A stretch of 64,000 bases of DNA from Ignavibacteriota bacterium (GTDB lineage Bacteria > Bacteroidota > Ignavibacteria > UBA10030 > CAVZMI01): assembly GCA_963776275.1 (NCBI GenBank), contig CAVZMI010000021.1, forward strand, positions 192,001 to 256,000, in the 5' to 3' direction. Each line of letters starts with the position of its first letter. Position 1 is the first letter of the stretch. The notes under the pieces are model-generated. The model worked only from the letters and a program-made list of their open reading frames with translations. It was not told the origin of the DNA and searched no databases. Shown piece after piece: positions 62,619-64,000 of the stretch. The position numbers were made by a program, and so were the translations under genes.

Positions 62619-64000
62619 CTACTGCTTCCCGACGATAGGATCGATGTGGCGACGGAAATGCTTCACGAGATACTGATAATGAACATCCTCATGATCCCGG
62701 AGACATTTCATGATTCTATCCTTGAAGAGATAATTCCCCCTTTCATCTTTCTTAGAAAGAATTGACCCAAACGTTACGTGCAGAATCTGCCGGGCATTAT
62801 CATCCGAGAGGAGTCCTGACAACTCTGCTTCTGAATAATCTTTTGTCGGGCGCATCCGGTTTACATCAGCAGTAACGTGATACGATTTGCGGTCGTTATC
62901 GTAGTTGGCACGTGCACAGTCGAGAATTTCCCGGAACAGCGCCGGATCGGAAGCGCCGATGGTCCGAAGCGCTTCAAGCCAGCTGGTACCGGCTGTTTTT
63001 ACATGAACTTTGCCAAACCCGGTCGAACCGACAATTTTATAGACATCGAATTTATCGCTGCCCGAATGTATGCTGATTTTGTACGGACCTAGTTTTTCTG
63101 CTATCTGCATATGCTGGATATACTCTTCTTTGAATCTCTTCAGATCGCCTTTGTATTCAATTCCCTTTTCAAAGTCACCGATAAAGCGCGGTGCCAGACT
63201 CATCAGCTTTATGCCAAGCCGTTTAAGTTCGTTTGCGATGACAAAATGTTCCAGCGGTGATGTCGGCGTATCGGTTTCATCGACTGATAGTTCAATCTCG
63301 GCCTGCTGTTTCGACCAATGCGTTTTAAGATAATTTACCAGCTTCACCGTTTGCACAATACCCGCGCCGTACTTTACCATCGATCGAAGTATGTCTTCCT
63401 CCATTGGTCGAATGACAAATCCTTTTGCAATTTCGAATTTCTTCCCCTTATATCGCTTGAGGCAAGCTTCGAGTGTATCGTCAAGGAGAGCCCACGGCAA
63501 TACAGCGGCACGCTGTCGAATATCTTCCGCCGACAGCCTGGCAGCTACGTTCACTACATATAAACCGATATCGAGTGTGAACATGGTGAATCCCGCCTTT
63601 GCATAGCGATCTATATCCTCGGGAGTTTTAAGATGATCGCCATCGGCGCCGAAACCGTCTTTGTATCCTTCCTGAAATACCGCCCATGTTGCCGCATTCA
63701 TCACATCTTCGGCTTCACGCTTGGTTCGTTCCAGCTCCCGGACCGACTGCTGAGCTAGAACCGGTTTAAGGCCGCTACCGACTACCGCACGGATATGTCC
63801 GGCGTTCGCGAGTCCCAGCCGATCTCCACATCCGATCGAATTCTGTTGACCAATCAATTCCGGTTTCGTAAAGGCAAATATGTTTCGCAGCGCACCGGCA
63901 TTTGTATGATTCAATGGACATCGTTTCATGCTCTCGTTCTCGACCCATTCGAACTGACGTGCAATATCGCCTCCTGTAATCCAGAGAGCTTTTCCGGCAG
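62619..64000 (-). CDS. uxaE: tagaturonate/fructuronate epimerase (5' end beyond the window)
   Basis: GCGDRLG, AQQSVRE, GADGDHLK, SVDE, HSGSDKF and HVKTAGTSWLEA motifs; the frame stays open to the window edge. Confidence 0.88.
   Translation of the reverse strand, partial: AGKALWITGGDIARQFEWVENESMKRCPLNHTNAGALRNIFAFTKPELIGQQNSIGCGDRLGLANAGHIRAVVGSGLKPVLAQQSVRELERTKREAEDVMNAATWAVFQEGYKDGFGADGDHLKTPEDIDRYAKAGFTMFTLDIGLYVVNVAARLSAEDIRQRAAVLPWALLDDTLEACLKRYKGKKFEIAKGFVIRPMEEDILRSMVKYGAGIVQTVKLVNYLKTHWSKQQAEIELSVDETDTPTSPLEHFVIANELKRLGIKLMSLAPRFIGDFEKGIEYKGDLKRFKEEYIQHMQIAEKLGPYKISIHSGSDKFDVYKIVGSTGFGKVHVKTAGTSWLEALRTIGASDPALFREILDCARANYDNDRKSYHVTADVNRMRPTKDYSEAELSGLLSDDNARQILHVTFGSILSKKDERGNYLFKDRIMKCLRDHEDVHYQYLVKHFRRHIDPIVGKQ

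Overview
This is a 64 kb bacterial window, probably Ignavibacteria-like/Bacteroidota-Chlorobi; that is inferred from several proteins ending in the 'QNYPNPFNPST' T9SS type-A sorting domain. 1-11.4 kb is a surface polysaccharide/LPS cluster. 11.5-32.8 kb is mostly housekeeping (2-oxoacid dehydrogenase E1, adk, rlmN, glgA, rpiB, glyA, tatC, ilvE), plus a probable spt-cerS/cerR ceramide biosynthesis locus and an unannotated ncRNA/small-ORF locus at 26.2-26.9 kb. 32.9-35.7 kb is an unusual tRNA operon: a duplicated tRNA-Arg with one copy interrupted by three palindromic inserts, an IS481 with a 7-bp TSD, tRNA-His, a 4x60-bp hairpin array plus a four-helix-bundle (Avd/IVS-like) gene enclosed by an inverted repeat, and tRNA-Glu. 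Every spacer in this operon is built from inverted 7-mer arrays. A 13-kb integrase-less galactan-utilisation island follows, bounded by a duplication of the tRNA-Glu 3' end. After it come a decayed AbiE toxin-antitoxin pair, ferritin, glgX and a pectin/uronate region in which four consecutive intergenic gaps each hold a copy of one ~150-bp palindromic element. All calls come from reading the sequence and recognising motifs; no database searches were run.
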